In this document: positions 43,623-53,475 of the stretch, piece after piece
How the letters are laid out: each line of letters begins with the position of its first letter
Numbering within the stretch: the stretch's first letter is position 1
From: Obrimoposthia wandeli
Lineage: Eukaryota
DNA: 64,000 bases
Direction: 5' to 3'
NCBI GenBank assembly: GCA_977020255.1
Contig: CDROCS010003321.1
Coordinates: 1 to 64,000, forward strand
Notes under the pieces: model-generated
Seen by the model: only the letters and a program-made list of their open reading frames with translations
Database searches by the model: none
What the model was told of the DNA's origin: nothing
Made by a program: the position numbers and the translations under genes

Positions 43623-44188
43623 TGATTAAAAAACTCGCCCTTTGTTGTAGTTTAATTGCTTTTTCAAGTGTCACTAATGCCCACTTACTCAAAGTGTTTG
43701 CACATTCAAAGAGCATCAGTAATGGCGATCAAATCAGTGTGAATGGCAAAGTTTATTTTGCAGGCGGCGCCGCATTACCAAACTTAAAGATAAAGGTAGT
43801 AGATGCCTCAGGGAAAACAGTTTTTTCCCCTACGACAAAGAGCGACGGTAGCTTTATATTTAATACGATTGCCGGTAACTATCAAATTATTGCAAACTCC
43901 CACGATGGTCACATAGCCAAATGGAAAATAACTGCCAAAAAAAATTCCACTATAAATAAACCAGCTATCTCAATAACAACTGACAGCTTAAGCATAAGCA
44001 ATGCACAAACCCAAAAGTTAATAGAAAATCTGATAGCCAATCAAGTGAGTGAACAAATCGCCCCTTTGAGTGAACAAATAAATTCGCTCCAAGAAAAAGT
44101 GATGTTTCAAGATGTTATAGGCGCCCTCGGCTACATATTTGGTTTATATGGATTTGCAATGTGGTACAGACAACGTAAAGCTAAATAG
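43622..44188 (+). CDS. NikL/CbiL-like accessory component
   Basis: Signal, AHLLKVFA, DGHIA and C-terminal TM QDVIGALGYIFGLYG. Confidence 0.75.
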   Translation: MIKKLALCCSLIAFSSVTNAHLLKVFAHSKSISNGDQISVNGKVYFAGGAALPNLKIKVVDASGKTVFSPTTKSDGSFIFNTIAGNYQIIANSHDGHIAKWKITAKKNSTINKPAISITTDSLSISNAQTQKLIENLIANQVSEQIAPLSEQINSLQEKVMFQDVIGALGYIFGLYGFAMWYRQRKAK

Positions 44189-44216
44189 TATTTAATACAG
44201 CCCCCTCGCTACGCTC

Positions 44217-44280
44217 GACTTCACTTCGTGAAACGGAGTATTTACTCTTGATGAATTAAGCTACGCCTAATTCATCTCTA
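44217..44280 (+). repeat. Dispersed intergenic repeat, copy 5 (short form)
   Basis: GACTTCACTTCGTGAAACGGAGTATTTACTCTTGATGAATTAAGCTACGCCTAATTCATCTCTA. Confidence 0.8.
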
Positions 44281-44401
44281 ATGAACTCAACTGCTCATCT
44301 GTGGTATATGGCTAAGTACGATTGAATCTACTATCCTTTTGTTCTGCTTTTTTGTACCTTGTCTTAACCATCACTTCATCCCAAATAAAAAAGGACTTTA
44401 A

Positions 44402-44860
44402 ATGAACTCAATTTATATTGCGCTCCTACTCATCCTAACAACAAGTACTGTGCATGCAGAGGTTGTCAGCAAAAGCTATTGGGGCGACAAGGCTATTGGT
44501 AGTCACGACACTGTTCAATACCATAATGCTACTGTGCGCAAGCAACATAAAGAAGTGAAAGGTGTTAAGACCTTCGCTGTACTATACAGCGGTGCTAATT
44601 GGTACTTTGCCAGCAAAGCGTCTGCGGATAAATTTGCCGCTGAGCCTGATAAATACAAACCACGCTATAACGGATTTTGTGCTAACGCTCTAAGTATTGG
44701 TGAAGGCTTAGTAAATACCAATGGTAAAGTATGGGAGTTCTTTGACGATGAATTACACTTATTCTACGCAGAGGCAGGTCGCAAGCGCTGGTTAGAAGGC
44801 GATTGGAAACGCTATCAAAAAGATGCGAACAGCGCTTGGCAGAAATTAAAAAATGGCTAG
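44402..44860 (+). CDS. Exported YHS-domain protein
   Basis: Signal peptide; HDTVQY, YSGANWYFAS, KYKPRYNGFCA. Confidence 0.8.
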   Translation: MNSIYIALLLILTTSTVHAEVVSKSYWGDKAIGSHDTVQYHNATVRKQHKEVKGVKTFAVLYSGANWYFASKASADKFAAEPDKYKPRYNGFCANALSIGEGLVNTNGKVWEFFDDELHLFYAEAGRKRWLEGDWKRYQKDANSAWQKLKNG

Positions 44861-45800
44861 ATATTGCCGTCAAATAACAATCTAAGTAATCGGCAAACCA
44901 ATCTTTGCCGATTACAGGCCATCTAAACAGCGGCTCGCAACAACAAATTGTATCACTGGGTATTTAGCCTTTTCCTCACCAAGCAATTGTTGAATCGTTT
45001 TAAATAAGATTAGTCATTTTTTAAAACCTAAATCGTCTTAACGCTTCTCACGCATCAGCGACACTGATAAAAGCCTAACCATGGGCTCTGTCTTATTATC
45101 TTATTTTATAATTACTCTAAAATCCTGCGCCTTTAATAACTAGCACTCTTATCACTTGGTTTATCTATAAACTTATTTACAACGCTTTAAAAGTAAGTAT
45201 TTACGATAATATAATTTAAAAATTATTATATGTTAATAATGGCATATATTTTGCTTTTTATATTATTGCATTATCATTTTAAATTAAGGAGAAGTACTAC
45301 GATAATTTTTAATAGCAAAACCTTAAGCAACTGAAATTAATGTTATCTCAAATTTCGCATATCGATAGCCGACAAGCCTGTTTTGTTGTCATATTTATTG
45401 CGCGCTATTTGTTATTGATTAATGAATTTAACGGCCAGGTTAAAGTCTGCGTTAATAAAAAATGTTTTATTTGATTTTTGTTTTATAAATCAAATAGTTA
45501 CAATTATATATTAATACTAATAATCTGACCGACAGCAGTGTGTTTAAGTAAAAATAATCTATTGTTTTAGCGCCATGTTAATGCGCGTAATAATGTTTAA
45601 GTTTATTCACTCAGTATTCTTTTGTCTTTTATTTATATTTAAAAGAGCAATAGCATGTAGTCCTGCGTGCATATTTTAATAGCAATTAGTAAATAAGCGA
45701 TTGTTTTTATATTCTGTATTTTATTATTTATTAACGCACATAGTTTTTAAATATAATTACTAATGGTTTGCTGTTACTTTTAATTAAATTGGAGAAACAC

Positions 45801-46949
45801 ATGATTATACAATCTAGTGAAGTTAATATGACTTCAATGCATGAAAAAAGCGAAAGCAGAACATCAAGCACGAGTTCTGTGCTAGATATTGGATCTTTTG
45901 GAGAGTTAAAAAACTATTCAGGTGACGCCCCTGTAAGCCTTGCAAATCAATTTCAGTCTTTAATCGATCAATTTAGCGCGCTTTCAAAAGCCGAAAACCA
46001 AGAAACGGCTGAAGACACAGGCAACTCAATCTTGGTGATGACCAAAGAAGGCTTTAAGTTTAGAACACAGCAAAAAGATACCGATGCAAGTGAGCAAAGC
46101 TTACTTACCAGTATGAAAATGTTTAAGCAGTTATTAGAAGCTATCTCGTTACAACACAGCAATAACCTTACAGGTAACAGCGCCAGCATTACCGATACTA
46201 CAGAGACAACCGGCCTCCCCTCAAGCACTGCAACCACCGGTGCTGATACCAACACTTCTGAGCTAGGTTTTGGCGAAAATAATGGCATAAGAATACAAAT
46301 GAGCTTTAAACAAACTGAAACGGTTGAAGAGCACGAAAAAACTCAATTCAACTCAACCGGTAGTGTCACGACAGCGGATGGTAAAAAAATTGATTTTGAT
46401 TTAGCGATGTCAATGGAGCGTGATTATTCATATACCGCAACTTCTGAGTTTACCCAAAGCGTGCTTTTTAAAGACCCCATTGTTATTAACTATCCCGGTT
46501 CATCTATTGACTTAAGTGACGAAAAATATGCGTTTGACATAGATGCAGATGGCAATGAAGAGATGATTAGTTATTTTAATAACGGTGCGATGCTCGCGTT
46601 AGATAAAAATAACGACAATAAAATAAACGATGGATCTGAATTGTTTGGCGCTCTATCTGGAAATGGCTTTGCCGATCTAGCCGCTTATGATGAAGACGGT
46701 AATAATTACATCGATGAGGCTGACAGCATTTTTAAAGACCTTAAGCTCTGGACTAAAACCGCTGATGATGACTCGCTCACGTCACTGAAAAGTATGGATA
46801 TTGGCGCCATATATCTCGGCGCACAAGACACGCCTTTTGATATAAAAGGTGATAATAATCAATTCAATGGCCAAGTTAAGGCATCTAGCTTCTATTTAAC
46901 TGATGCCGGTGAAGTAGGATCAGTGCAACAAGTTGACATGGTCGTCTGA
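45801..46949 (+). CDS. Conserved hypothetical protein with DxDxDG Ca-binding-like loops
   Basis: DIDADG, DKNNDNKIND and DEDGNNYIDEAD; GGAG RBS before ATG 45801. Confidence 0.75.
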   Translation: MIIQSSEVNMTSMHEKSESRTSSTSSVLDIGSFGELKNYSGDAPVSLANQFQSLIDQFSALSKAENQETAEDTGNSILVMTKEGFKFRTQQKDTDASEQSLLTSMKMFKQLLEAISLQHSNNLTGNSASITDTTETTGLPSSTATTGADTNTSELGFGENNGIRIQMSFKQTETVEEHEKTQFNSTGSVTTADGKKIDFDLAMSMERDYSYTATSEFTQSVLFKDPIVINYPGSSIDLSDEKYAFDIDADGNEEMISYFNNGAMLALDKNNDNKINDGSELFGALSGNGFADLAAYDEDGNNYIDEADSIFKDLKLWTKTADDDSLTSLKSMDIGAIYLGAQDTPFDIKGDNNQFNGQVKASSFYLTDAGEVGSVQQVDMVV

Positions 46950-46979
46950 TTTAGGACTTTAAGCAAAGCCTAAACAATA

Positions 46980-47015
46980 AAGAGGGTTCCTGAATCCTAT
47001 AAGGGTACCCTCTTT
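46980..47015. terminator. Hairpin between convergent genes
   Basis: AAGAGGGT...ACCCTCTT stem. Confidence 0.55.
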
Positions 47016-47038
47016 CTTCCTGTTTATCTCTCTTTCTG

Positions 47039-47896
47039 TCATTTTAGCGCTTGTATACACTGTATTAATGATTGCTTAGCGTATTTTAGTAAATCAGGAT
47101 TTTGTGGCTCACTTGAATAGGTCGCAAATATAGGGCGGCTGAACACAGGCGCATCCTCAACGCTAAATAACTGCTTTGTCTGTAAATACTCTCTCACAAC
47201 ACGCTGTGGCAAATACGCAGCTCCTCCATTGCGTAGTAACCATGCAAGCCCTATTTCACCTAACCCACTGCTTTGTTGGCAATTTTGTAAATGCGGCAAT
47301 CGCTCAGAATGTGCAGCGTTATACCCCCAACCCCAATCTATATATAAATAATCTTGTGCTCGAACGTTTTTAACATCAATATTTTCAGTTGAAACCATAA
47401 TCAATTCATCACAGTGAACTTGATCTACAATTAAGCCAGAGGTAGTGTCGGCAACAAATATAAGCCCTATATCTAATTTACCTGCCGCTACTTGGCTCAC
47501 TATTTCCCCAGAGTAATCAGCGCTCATATGCAAAGTTAAATGCTGGTTTTTACTTTTTATTAAACTGGCCCATGGATACAAAAAATCCATAGTTAACGTC
47601 ATATGTGTGGCAATACGTAAAACTGCGGCGCTATCTTCGCTCAACTTAATATCCGCTTTAGCATGTTCCCATCGCTGTTGCATAATTTGTGCGTGCTGAT
47701 AAAAGCGTCGCCCTGCTGTAGTCAGCGCCATACCTTGACTACTGCGCTTAAATAGCTGTTGATCTAAATGCAATTCCAGCTGTTTAATTCGCGAACTGAC
47801 TGCCGATTTTGTAATGCATAATAATTGAGCACACGCAGTTAAGTTTTTTACTTCTGCCAGTGTTAAAAAAGTTTTTACGGACCAGCTATCCATCAC
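47039..47896 (-). CDS. LysR-family regulator divergent from the CoA transferase
   Basis: HTH NLTACAQLLCITKSAVSSRIKQLE...LTTAG. Confidence 0.9.
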   Translation of the reverse strand: MMDSWSVKTFLTLAEVKNLTACAQLLCITKSAVSSRIKQLELHLDQQLFKRSSQGMALTTAGRRFYQHAQIMQQRWEHAKADIKLSEDSAAVLRIATHMTLTMDFLYPWASLIKSKNQHLTLHMSADYSGEIVSQVAAGKLDIGLIFVADTTSGLIVDQVHCDELIMVSTENIDVKNVRAQDYLYIDWGWGYNAAHSERLPHLQNCQQSSGLGEIGLAWLLRNGGAAYLPQRVVREYLQTKQLFSVEDAPVFSRPIFATYSSEPQNPDLLKYAKQSLIQCIQALK

Positions 47897-48094
47897 ACAA
47901 CCTATTGCCTAATATTCGATATCTATTGGTAAATATCGCCATTAAAACACCATATTCACTAAATTTCTAATAAATCGGTGTTTAAAAAAACTGCACGCTT
48001 AGTGCAAAAAGTTCCGCTATGAGCTGCCTTTAAGATTCTTTAAGATGATTTAGTATTAACTGAGTTATCTTTAACTCGCCTTAAGGAGAAACAA

Positions 48095-50623
48095 ATGGCA
48101 AATTCACAATCAAGGCCTTTAAGTGGTTATCGTGTGGTTGATTTTGGGCAATATATTGCGGGCCCTGCTGTTGCTATGATGCTTGCAGATCAAGGAGCAG
48201 AAGTTATTCATATCGACCCACCCAGCGGGCCGCGTTGGGATAATCCAGCTGATAGTGTACTTAATCGTGGTAAGCAGCGGGTAACGTTGGATTTAAAATC
48301 AGTTGCTGATCTTGAACAGGCAAAAGCGTTAATTAATAGCGCCGATGTTGTGATTGAAAACTTTCGCCCAGGTGTCATGAAAAAATTAGGCTTAGGCTCT
48401 GACGTTTTATGTAGCACTAACCCAGCTCTTATCTACTGCTCATTGCCGGGTTTTGCAGAACAAGATATTGAAATGCGAGACGTACCTGCGTGGGAAGGTA
48501 TTATTGGGGCCGCTATTGGCCAATACACTGACATGGGGCTTAACCGCATTTTAATGGGCATCAACCCTTCTTTTTCTCCACTGCCGCTTGCTTCTGCCTA
48601 CGCATCTGTATTAGCTGCCACCTCTGTGCTGCTGGCTTTGTTTTCAAGAGCAACCACAGGTAAAGGAGAGTTTATTGAAGTACCTATAAGCGCCGCCCTA
48701 ATGGAGGGATTAGCTTACAACTCTATGCGCATTCATGACTTACCTGATAGATATAAGTCACCACGGGAAATAGAAATTCAACGACGTCAGCGCAACCAAG
48801 AGCCTTTAAATCTGCAATACAAAGATCTACAAGAATTTTTAGACCCCTTTTATCGTACCTATCAATGTGCAGATGACCGCCCTTTTTACACTGTATGCTC
48901 ATCCCATACGCGTCATCCACAAGCGTGCCTACAAGCATTAGGGATTTGGGATGAAATACAAGCATTAGGCATACCAACCCATAGTGCTTACTTAGATCAA
49001 TCTGAATGGCCTGCAAATGCCCAGTGCACCTTGGTTTCCTACCCACTGTCAAAATACTGGGCCGAGCTAGTATCCACCAAGATGAAAGCAATATTTATCA
49101 CCAAAACAGCCTATCAATGGCAACAAATCTTCGGTGATGCGGGCGTGCCAGGCTGTGCCCACCAATCGACCAAAGAATGGTTAAACAGCGAACACGCACT
49201 TAAATCTGCCAGTATTATAACCGTCGACGATCCAAAATATGGTCTTATGCAACAATTTGGTAATATTTGCTGGCTTGATAAAGACTTCGCTATTACTGAA
49301 AAACAAGCGGCGAGAGCAACCGGACAAGATAACCCTCATCTTGCAGAGATTATTTCTAGGTGGCAAACAGTGCCTCAAACGGGATTACCACTAAGTACGT
49401 TAGCTACTGAGGTTAAAGATCAGCTATGGCTAAAAGATCTTAAGATACTTGATTTAACCAATGTAATCGCTGGCCCAACCATCTCAGGCACACTCGCACG
49501 CTTTGGCGCTCAAATAATCAGTGTTGACCCGCCTACTCCTGCACTTGATCCATGGAATAGTACCGTTTTTGGTATTCAAGCCAATCAAGGCAAACAAAGC
49601 GTACTGCTTGATTTAAAAACAAGTGCAGGCAAACAAGCATTACAACGGCTAATACCTCAAGTTGACATCATCACTGTAAATGCCAGCGATGCGCAATTAG
49701 AGCGTTTGGGCTTATCAATAGAGCAACTGCAACAAATTAATCCTCAGCTAATCCTCTGCCAGTTTGATGCATATGGTGGCCCAAAAACGGGATCGCGAAG
49801 TAACCAACTAGGCTACGATGATTTAGTACAAGCAACCACTGGTATCATGTCCCGCTTTGGCGGTTCTATGGATACACCTGAAGAGCATGCACACTTTGGT
49901 ACAATTGACGTATTAGGAGGCTATTGTGCCGCTCAAGCAATCGCGGTTGCTCTCGTTAAGCGGGCCAAAGGTTTGGGAGGCAGTTTGGCACGCTCATCAC
50001 TTATTGCTGCGGGCCAGTTAATACAAGCACCTTTTATGTATGACTACTCAGGCAGAGCAGTATTTAACGAGCCAAGCGGTCGAGAAATAAAAGGCCAAGA
50101 TGCGTATTACCGCTGTTATCAAGCCTGTGATGGCTGGTTTTTCCTGGCATTGGACAAACACCGCCAGCTTGCAGATTTTTTAAAGCTTACCTCAATGCCT
50201 GCTAGTCAATGCGAGAGTAATAAGCTTGCAAAGCAATTAGAAAAATTATTTATAACCGAATCATTAGCGCATTGGCAAGCTCTATTCGCAACCAAAGATA
50301 TTGGCTGTCAACCGCTTGCTACTATGGATCAATTGCGCACTAACAACTTAATGGATGCACAATCTCCTAACTTATCAGGACCGAGCAGCATTGCTTTTGT
50401 TCGCCATAAAAATCACCCCTGTGGTTATACTGTCGACTTAATTGCACCTAACTCTATTCGCTTGAAAAACGCCAAAGTACAACTGCCTACAGCGATGGTG
50501 AAATACGGCTCAGATACTGTAAGTGTTCTAGCAGATTTAGATTTTAGTGATCAACAAATAGAGGAAATGCTAGCAAGTGGTGCTGCTGCAAAAAGCTGGA
50601 GTAAGCATTATCTACCTAAGTAA
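48095..50623 (+). CDS. Double-domain family III CoA transferase, DddD-like (DMSP CoA-transferase/lyase candidate)
   Basis: 842 aa with two CaiB repeats (DFGQYIAGP...NRGK; DLTNVIAGP...NQGK) and GYDDLVQA; size, architecture and divergent LysR match DddD as I recall it. Confidence 0.75.
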   Translation: MANSQSRPLSGYRVVDFGQYIAGPAVAMMLADQGAEVIHIDPPSGPRWDNPADSVLNRGKQRVTLDLKSVADLEQAKALINSADVVIENFRPGVMKKLGLGSDVLCSTNPALIYCSLPGFAEQDIEMRDVPAWEGIIGAAIGQYTDMGLNRILMGINPSFSPLPLASAYASVLAATSVLLALFSRATTGKGEFIEVPISAALMEGLAYNSMRIHDLPDRYKSPREIEIQRRQRNQEPLNLQYKDLQEFLDPFYRTYQCADDRPFYTVCSSHTRHPQACLQALGIWDEIQALGIPTHSAYLDQSEWPANAQCTLVSYPLSKYWAELVSTKMKAIFITKTAYQWQQIFGDAGVPGCAHQSTKEWLNSEHALKSASIITVDDPKYGLMQQFGNICWLDKDFAITEKQAARATGQDNPHLAEIISRWQTVPQTGLPLSTLATEVKDQLWLKDLKILDLTNVIAGPTISGTLARFGAQIISVDPPTPALDPWNSTVFGIQANQGKQSVLLDLKTSAGKQALQRLIPQVDIITVNASDAQLERLGLSIEQLQQINPQLILCQFDAYGGPKTGSRSNQLGYDDLVQATTGIMSRFGGSMDTPEEHAHFGTIDVLGGYCAAQAIAVALVKRAKGLGGSLARSSLIAAGQLIQAPFMYDYSGRAVFNEPSGREIKGQDAYYRCYQACDGWFFLALDKHRQLADFLKLTSMPASQCESNKLAKQLEKLFITESLAHWQALFATKDIGCQPLATMDQLRTNNLMDAQSPNLSGPSSIAFVRHKNHPCGYTVDLIAPNSIRLKNAKVQLPTAMVKYGSDTVSVLADLDFSDQQIEEMLASGAAAKSWSKHYLPK

Positions 50624-50676
50624 CTTAGTTAAACACTCGCGGTAGCGATTTAGGGGAAAGCGCTGTCGCGTGGTGA

Positions 50677-50749
50677 GACTTCACTGCGCGAACAAGTGCT
50701 TTTAATACTTTAAGCCTAGATGATTCAAGCTACACCTAATTCAGCCCTA
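50677..50749 (+). repeat. Dispersed intergenic repeat, copy 6 (degenerate)
   Basis: GACTTCACTGCGCGAA...GATGATTCAAGCTACACCTAATTCAGCCCTA. Confidence 0.7.
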
Positions 50750-51197
50750 TAAAATAGCTCGTTGATGCCTAAAAAAATCGAAAAACCTGTCTCTAATATT
50801 ATGTTCTCCGCTACGAGCCCTCACGTCCGACAAACATCCTAGACGCATATGTAAACTGTTGTTTTATCATGTTAAAGGAGAGTGTGGCAGGGAGATCTAG
50901 CTAACTTCTGTTTTACTCGTCTCTTAAACCCAAAAAATGATAGCTAAATAGCAAAAAAGTATCTGTTTTGGTTAATCAGTCGATTATACTGCGCCCTTGA
51001 AGTGAGGGTTGCTATTAGCTCGTCAGCTTAAGGCTTTCCTATTTGCTCAACAAATAGCCTTATTGAGCGTAAAAAGTACCAAGATCAATGCTGTAAGCGC
51101 TTTTAATGTTTTCAGTATTTGATTAATAGTGCGCTTTGAAGTTGTGAAAAACATCAACATCTCATGGTAATAATAAACGTTTGGAGTTATTCAATTA

Positions 51198-51962
51198 ATG
51201 GTACAACCCAATGCCTTAGCTAGTGCCCCAACTAAAGACGTTGAAATTAAAGGCAGTCTTTTCCCACTATCAATATTACAGTTAGAGGCGACGGATCTAT
51301 CGGTATTAGCCATACAGCTTGAATATAAGCAGCAACAAGCAAAAGGTTTTTTTAATCGTGCTCCGCTGGTGATTAACATTGAAAAAACCCAAGGTGCGCT
51401 GTTAGATTTTAAGCAACTAAAGCAAGTAATAGAAAACCATCATTTTGTCTGTGTTGGTGTCTGTAATGCAACTTCAGAGCAACAAATAGCGGCGATGGAC
51501 GCAGGCTTAGCGATACTTAAACAACCTAGAGCAAATACCAAATCTATTGATAAAGAAATGGCTAGCCAAGCGCTAGCAAATGAACCCGCTCAAGTAACAG
51601 AGCAAGTAGTGCCCCAGCAAAGAGCCACTAAGGTCATCAAGCAGAATGTACGCTCTGGGCAGCAAATTTACGCCCAAGATACAGACCTTATTGTTATCGG
51701 CTCTGTTGGTAATGGTGCCGAAGTAATTGCCGATGGTAATATCCATATTTATGGCCATCTTAGAGGTCGGGCATTAGCGGGGGCATCAGGTGCTAAGCAA
51801 TCAATTATTTACTGCCAGTCGATGGAAGCGGAACTCGTTTCTATTGCTGGAAATTACTGGCTAAGTGATCAAATACCTGAGAATGCTTGGCGCAAGCAGG
51901 CACTTTTTGATTTTGATACGGACAAACTATCAGTACAGCCAATTGGCTCCAATGGAAAATAA
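51198..51962 (+). CDS. minC: Septum site-determining protein MinC
   Basis: VRSGQQIYA and GAEVIADGNIHIYGHLRGRALAG. Confidence 0.95.
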   Translation: MVQPNALASAPTKDVEIKGSLFPLSILQLEATDLSVLAIQLEYKQQQAKGFFNRAPLVINIEKTQGALLDFKQLKQVIENHHFVCVGVCNATSEQQIAAMDAGLAILKQPRANTKSIDKEMASQALANEPAQVTEQVVPQQRATKVIKQNVRSGQQIYAQDTDLIVIGSVGNGAEVIADGNIHIYGHLRGRALAGASGAKQSIIYCQSMEAELVSIAGNYWLSDQIPENAWRKQALFDFDTDKLSVQPIGSNGK

Positions 51963-51976
51963 AATTAGGAAAATGA

Positions 51977-52786
51977 ATGTCTAAAGTAATCGTTGTTACA
52001 TCCGGTAAAGGCGGTGTAGGAAAAACCACTTCCAGCGCGGCCATTGCCACAGGTCTTGCATTAAAAGGTCATAAAACAGTTGTTATAGATTTTGATATTG
52101 GTCTTAGAAATCTAGATTTAATTATGGGTTGTGAGCGTCGTGTTGTTTACGATTTTGTTAACTTGATAAACGGTGAGTCTAATCTCACACAGACGCTGAT
52201 CAAGGATAAAAAAGTTGAAAACTTGTATATACTTCCCGCATCGCAAACACGTGATAAAGACGCGCTAACTAAAGAAGGTGTTGGGCAAGTTATCGAACAG
52301 CTTCGCGAACAATTTGAATACATTATTTGCGACTCTCCCGCAGGTATTGAAGCGGGTGCAATGATGGCACTCTATTACGCTGATGAAGCAATTGTGACGA
52401 CTAACCCAGAGGTGTCGTCAGTACGCGATTCAGATCGTATTCTAGGCATTTTGCAAAGCAAATCACTGCGTGCAGAACAAGGGCTTGACCCCATTAAAGA
52501 GCATTTATTAATCACTCGATACAACCCAAAAAGAGTGGATGAAGGTGAAATGCTAAGTGTTGAAGATATTCATGACATTCTTGCACTTAAGTTGCTGGGT
52601 GTTATTCCAGAATCACCTGCGGTTTTAAAAGCATCGAACTTAGGCACACCTGTGGTACATGATACACAAAGTGATGCAGGTCAAGCTTACTCAGACGCTA
52701 TCGATAGGCTTTTAGGAAAAGACGTTGAACTTAGGTTCATGAATGTGAAGCGAAAAGGTTTGTTCAACCGTTTATTTGGAACCTAA
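51977..52786 (+). CDS. minD: MinD ATPase
   Basis: SGKGGVGKTT, DIGLRNLD and C-terminal amphipathic GLFNRLF. Confidence 0.97.
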   Translation: MSKVIVVTSGKGGVGKTTSSAAIATGLALKGHKTVVIDFDIGLRNLDLIMGCERRVVYDFVNLINGESNLTQTLIKDKKVENLYILPASQTRDKDALTKEGVGQVIEQLREQFEYIICDSPAGIEAGAMMALYYADEAIVTTNPEVSSVRDSDRILGILQSKSLRAEQGLDPIKEHLLITRYNPKRVDEGEMLSVEDIHDILALKLLGVIPESPAVLKASNLGTPVVHDTQSDAGQAYSDAIDRLLGKDVELRFMNVKRKGLFNRLFGT

Positions 52787-52788
52787 CG

Positions 52789-53040
52789 ATGGCTATATTT
52801 GATTATTTTAAAAGCAATAAAAAGAAGACAGCCTCACTGGCAAAGGAGCGGTTACAAATTATTGTCGCTCATGAGCGCAAAGGTAGAAATGCCCCTGATT
52901 ATTTACCGCAACTAAAGCGGGATATATTGGAAGTCGTCTCTAAATATGTAAAAATTTCAGAGGAAGATATCAAATTAGAAATAGATAATGAAGGTGGATT
53001 AGATATCCTAGAATTGAATGTTACGTTAACGGACAAGTAA
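52789..53040 (+). CDS. minE: MinE
   Basis: TASLAKERLQIIVAHER. Confidence 0.96.
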   Translation: MAIFDYFKSNKKKTASLAKERLQIIVAHERKGRNAPDYLPQLKRDILEVVSKYVKISEEDIKLEIDNEGGLDILELNVTLTDK

Positions 53041-53086
53041 TATTGCAATCAATTTGCAAGCGTAACTAAAGACGTATCAATCAATA

Positions 53087-53121
53087 AGGCAGCGAAAAGA
53101 GATCGCCTTGCTTCGCTGCCA
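53087..53121 (+). terminator. Hairpin downstream of minE
   Basis: GGCAGCGAA...TTCGCTGCC stem. Confidence 0.6.
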
Positions 53122-53184
53122 TTAATATCCAAACCCTCAGTGTTTCCCCGTATATTTATCCATTGTTACTAAGCTAGGGGCTGT

Positions 53185-53385
53185 GATATAAACACCATTA
53201 GTCCAATGTATGATAAGCAAGGTATCGCTGCTTTGCTGGGCCAACGGTCATAGTTTTAACTACCGCTTACAACCGTATTGTAAAGCGCTTTCTCTAGCGT
53301 ATAAGGTTATCTCTTAAGCAAGCATTGCTGATGTTTGTAGCTAGCCTAGAAATTATTTATTAACTAGCGCACTCAATGTTGTTCT
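53185..53385 (+). repeat. Degenerate copy of the agmatinase 3' end / prpE 3' end region (54301-54588)
   Basis: 53185-53240 resembles 54301-54356; a 29-bp identical block lies at 53342-53370 and 54544-54572. Confidence 0.85.
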
Positions 53386-53475
53386 AAAAATGCACTTGCC
53401 CTATTGACGATAATTTGTCATTGTTCTGCTATCTAGTTAATAGCGTTTATTGCCCGTATTTAATATTGAGAGTTT

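Noticed and set aside
44886-45080. 12-bp-arm hairpin and a short - strand coding-like remnant (…IQQLLGEEKAKYPVIQF…)
   Set aside because: The hairpin is compatible with a simple terminator; the remnant is interrupted by stops and not identifiable
12101-50749. Dispersed repeats as a CRISPR array
   Set aside because: Copies are kb apart, have no regular spacers, and no cas genes are present
50980-51100. Stable-RNA-like promoter (TATACT-GCGCCC) suggesting a tRNA or sRNA before minC
   Set aside because: No cloverleaf or recognisable RNA family follows; probably the minC leader
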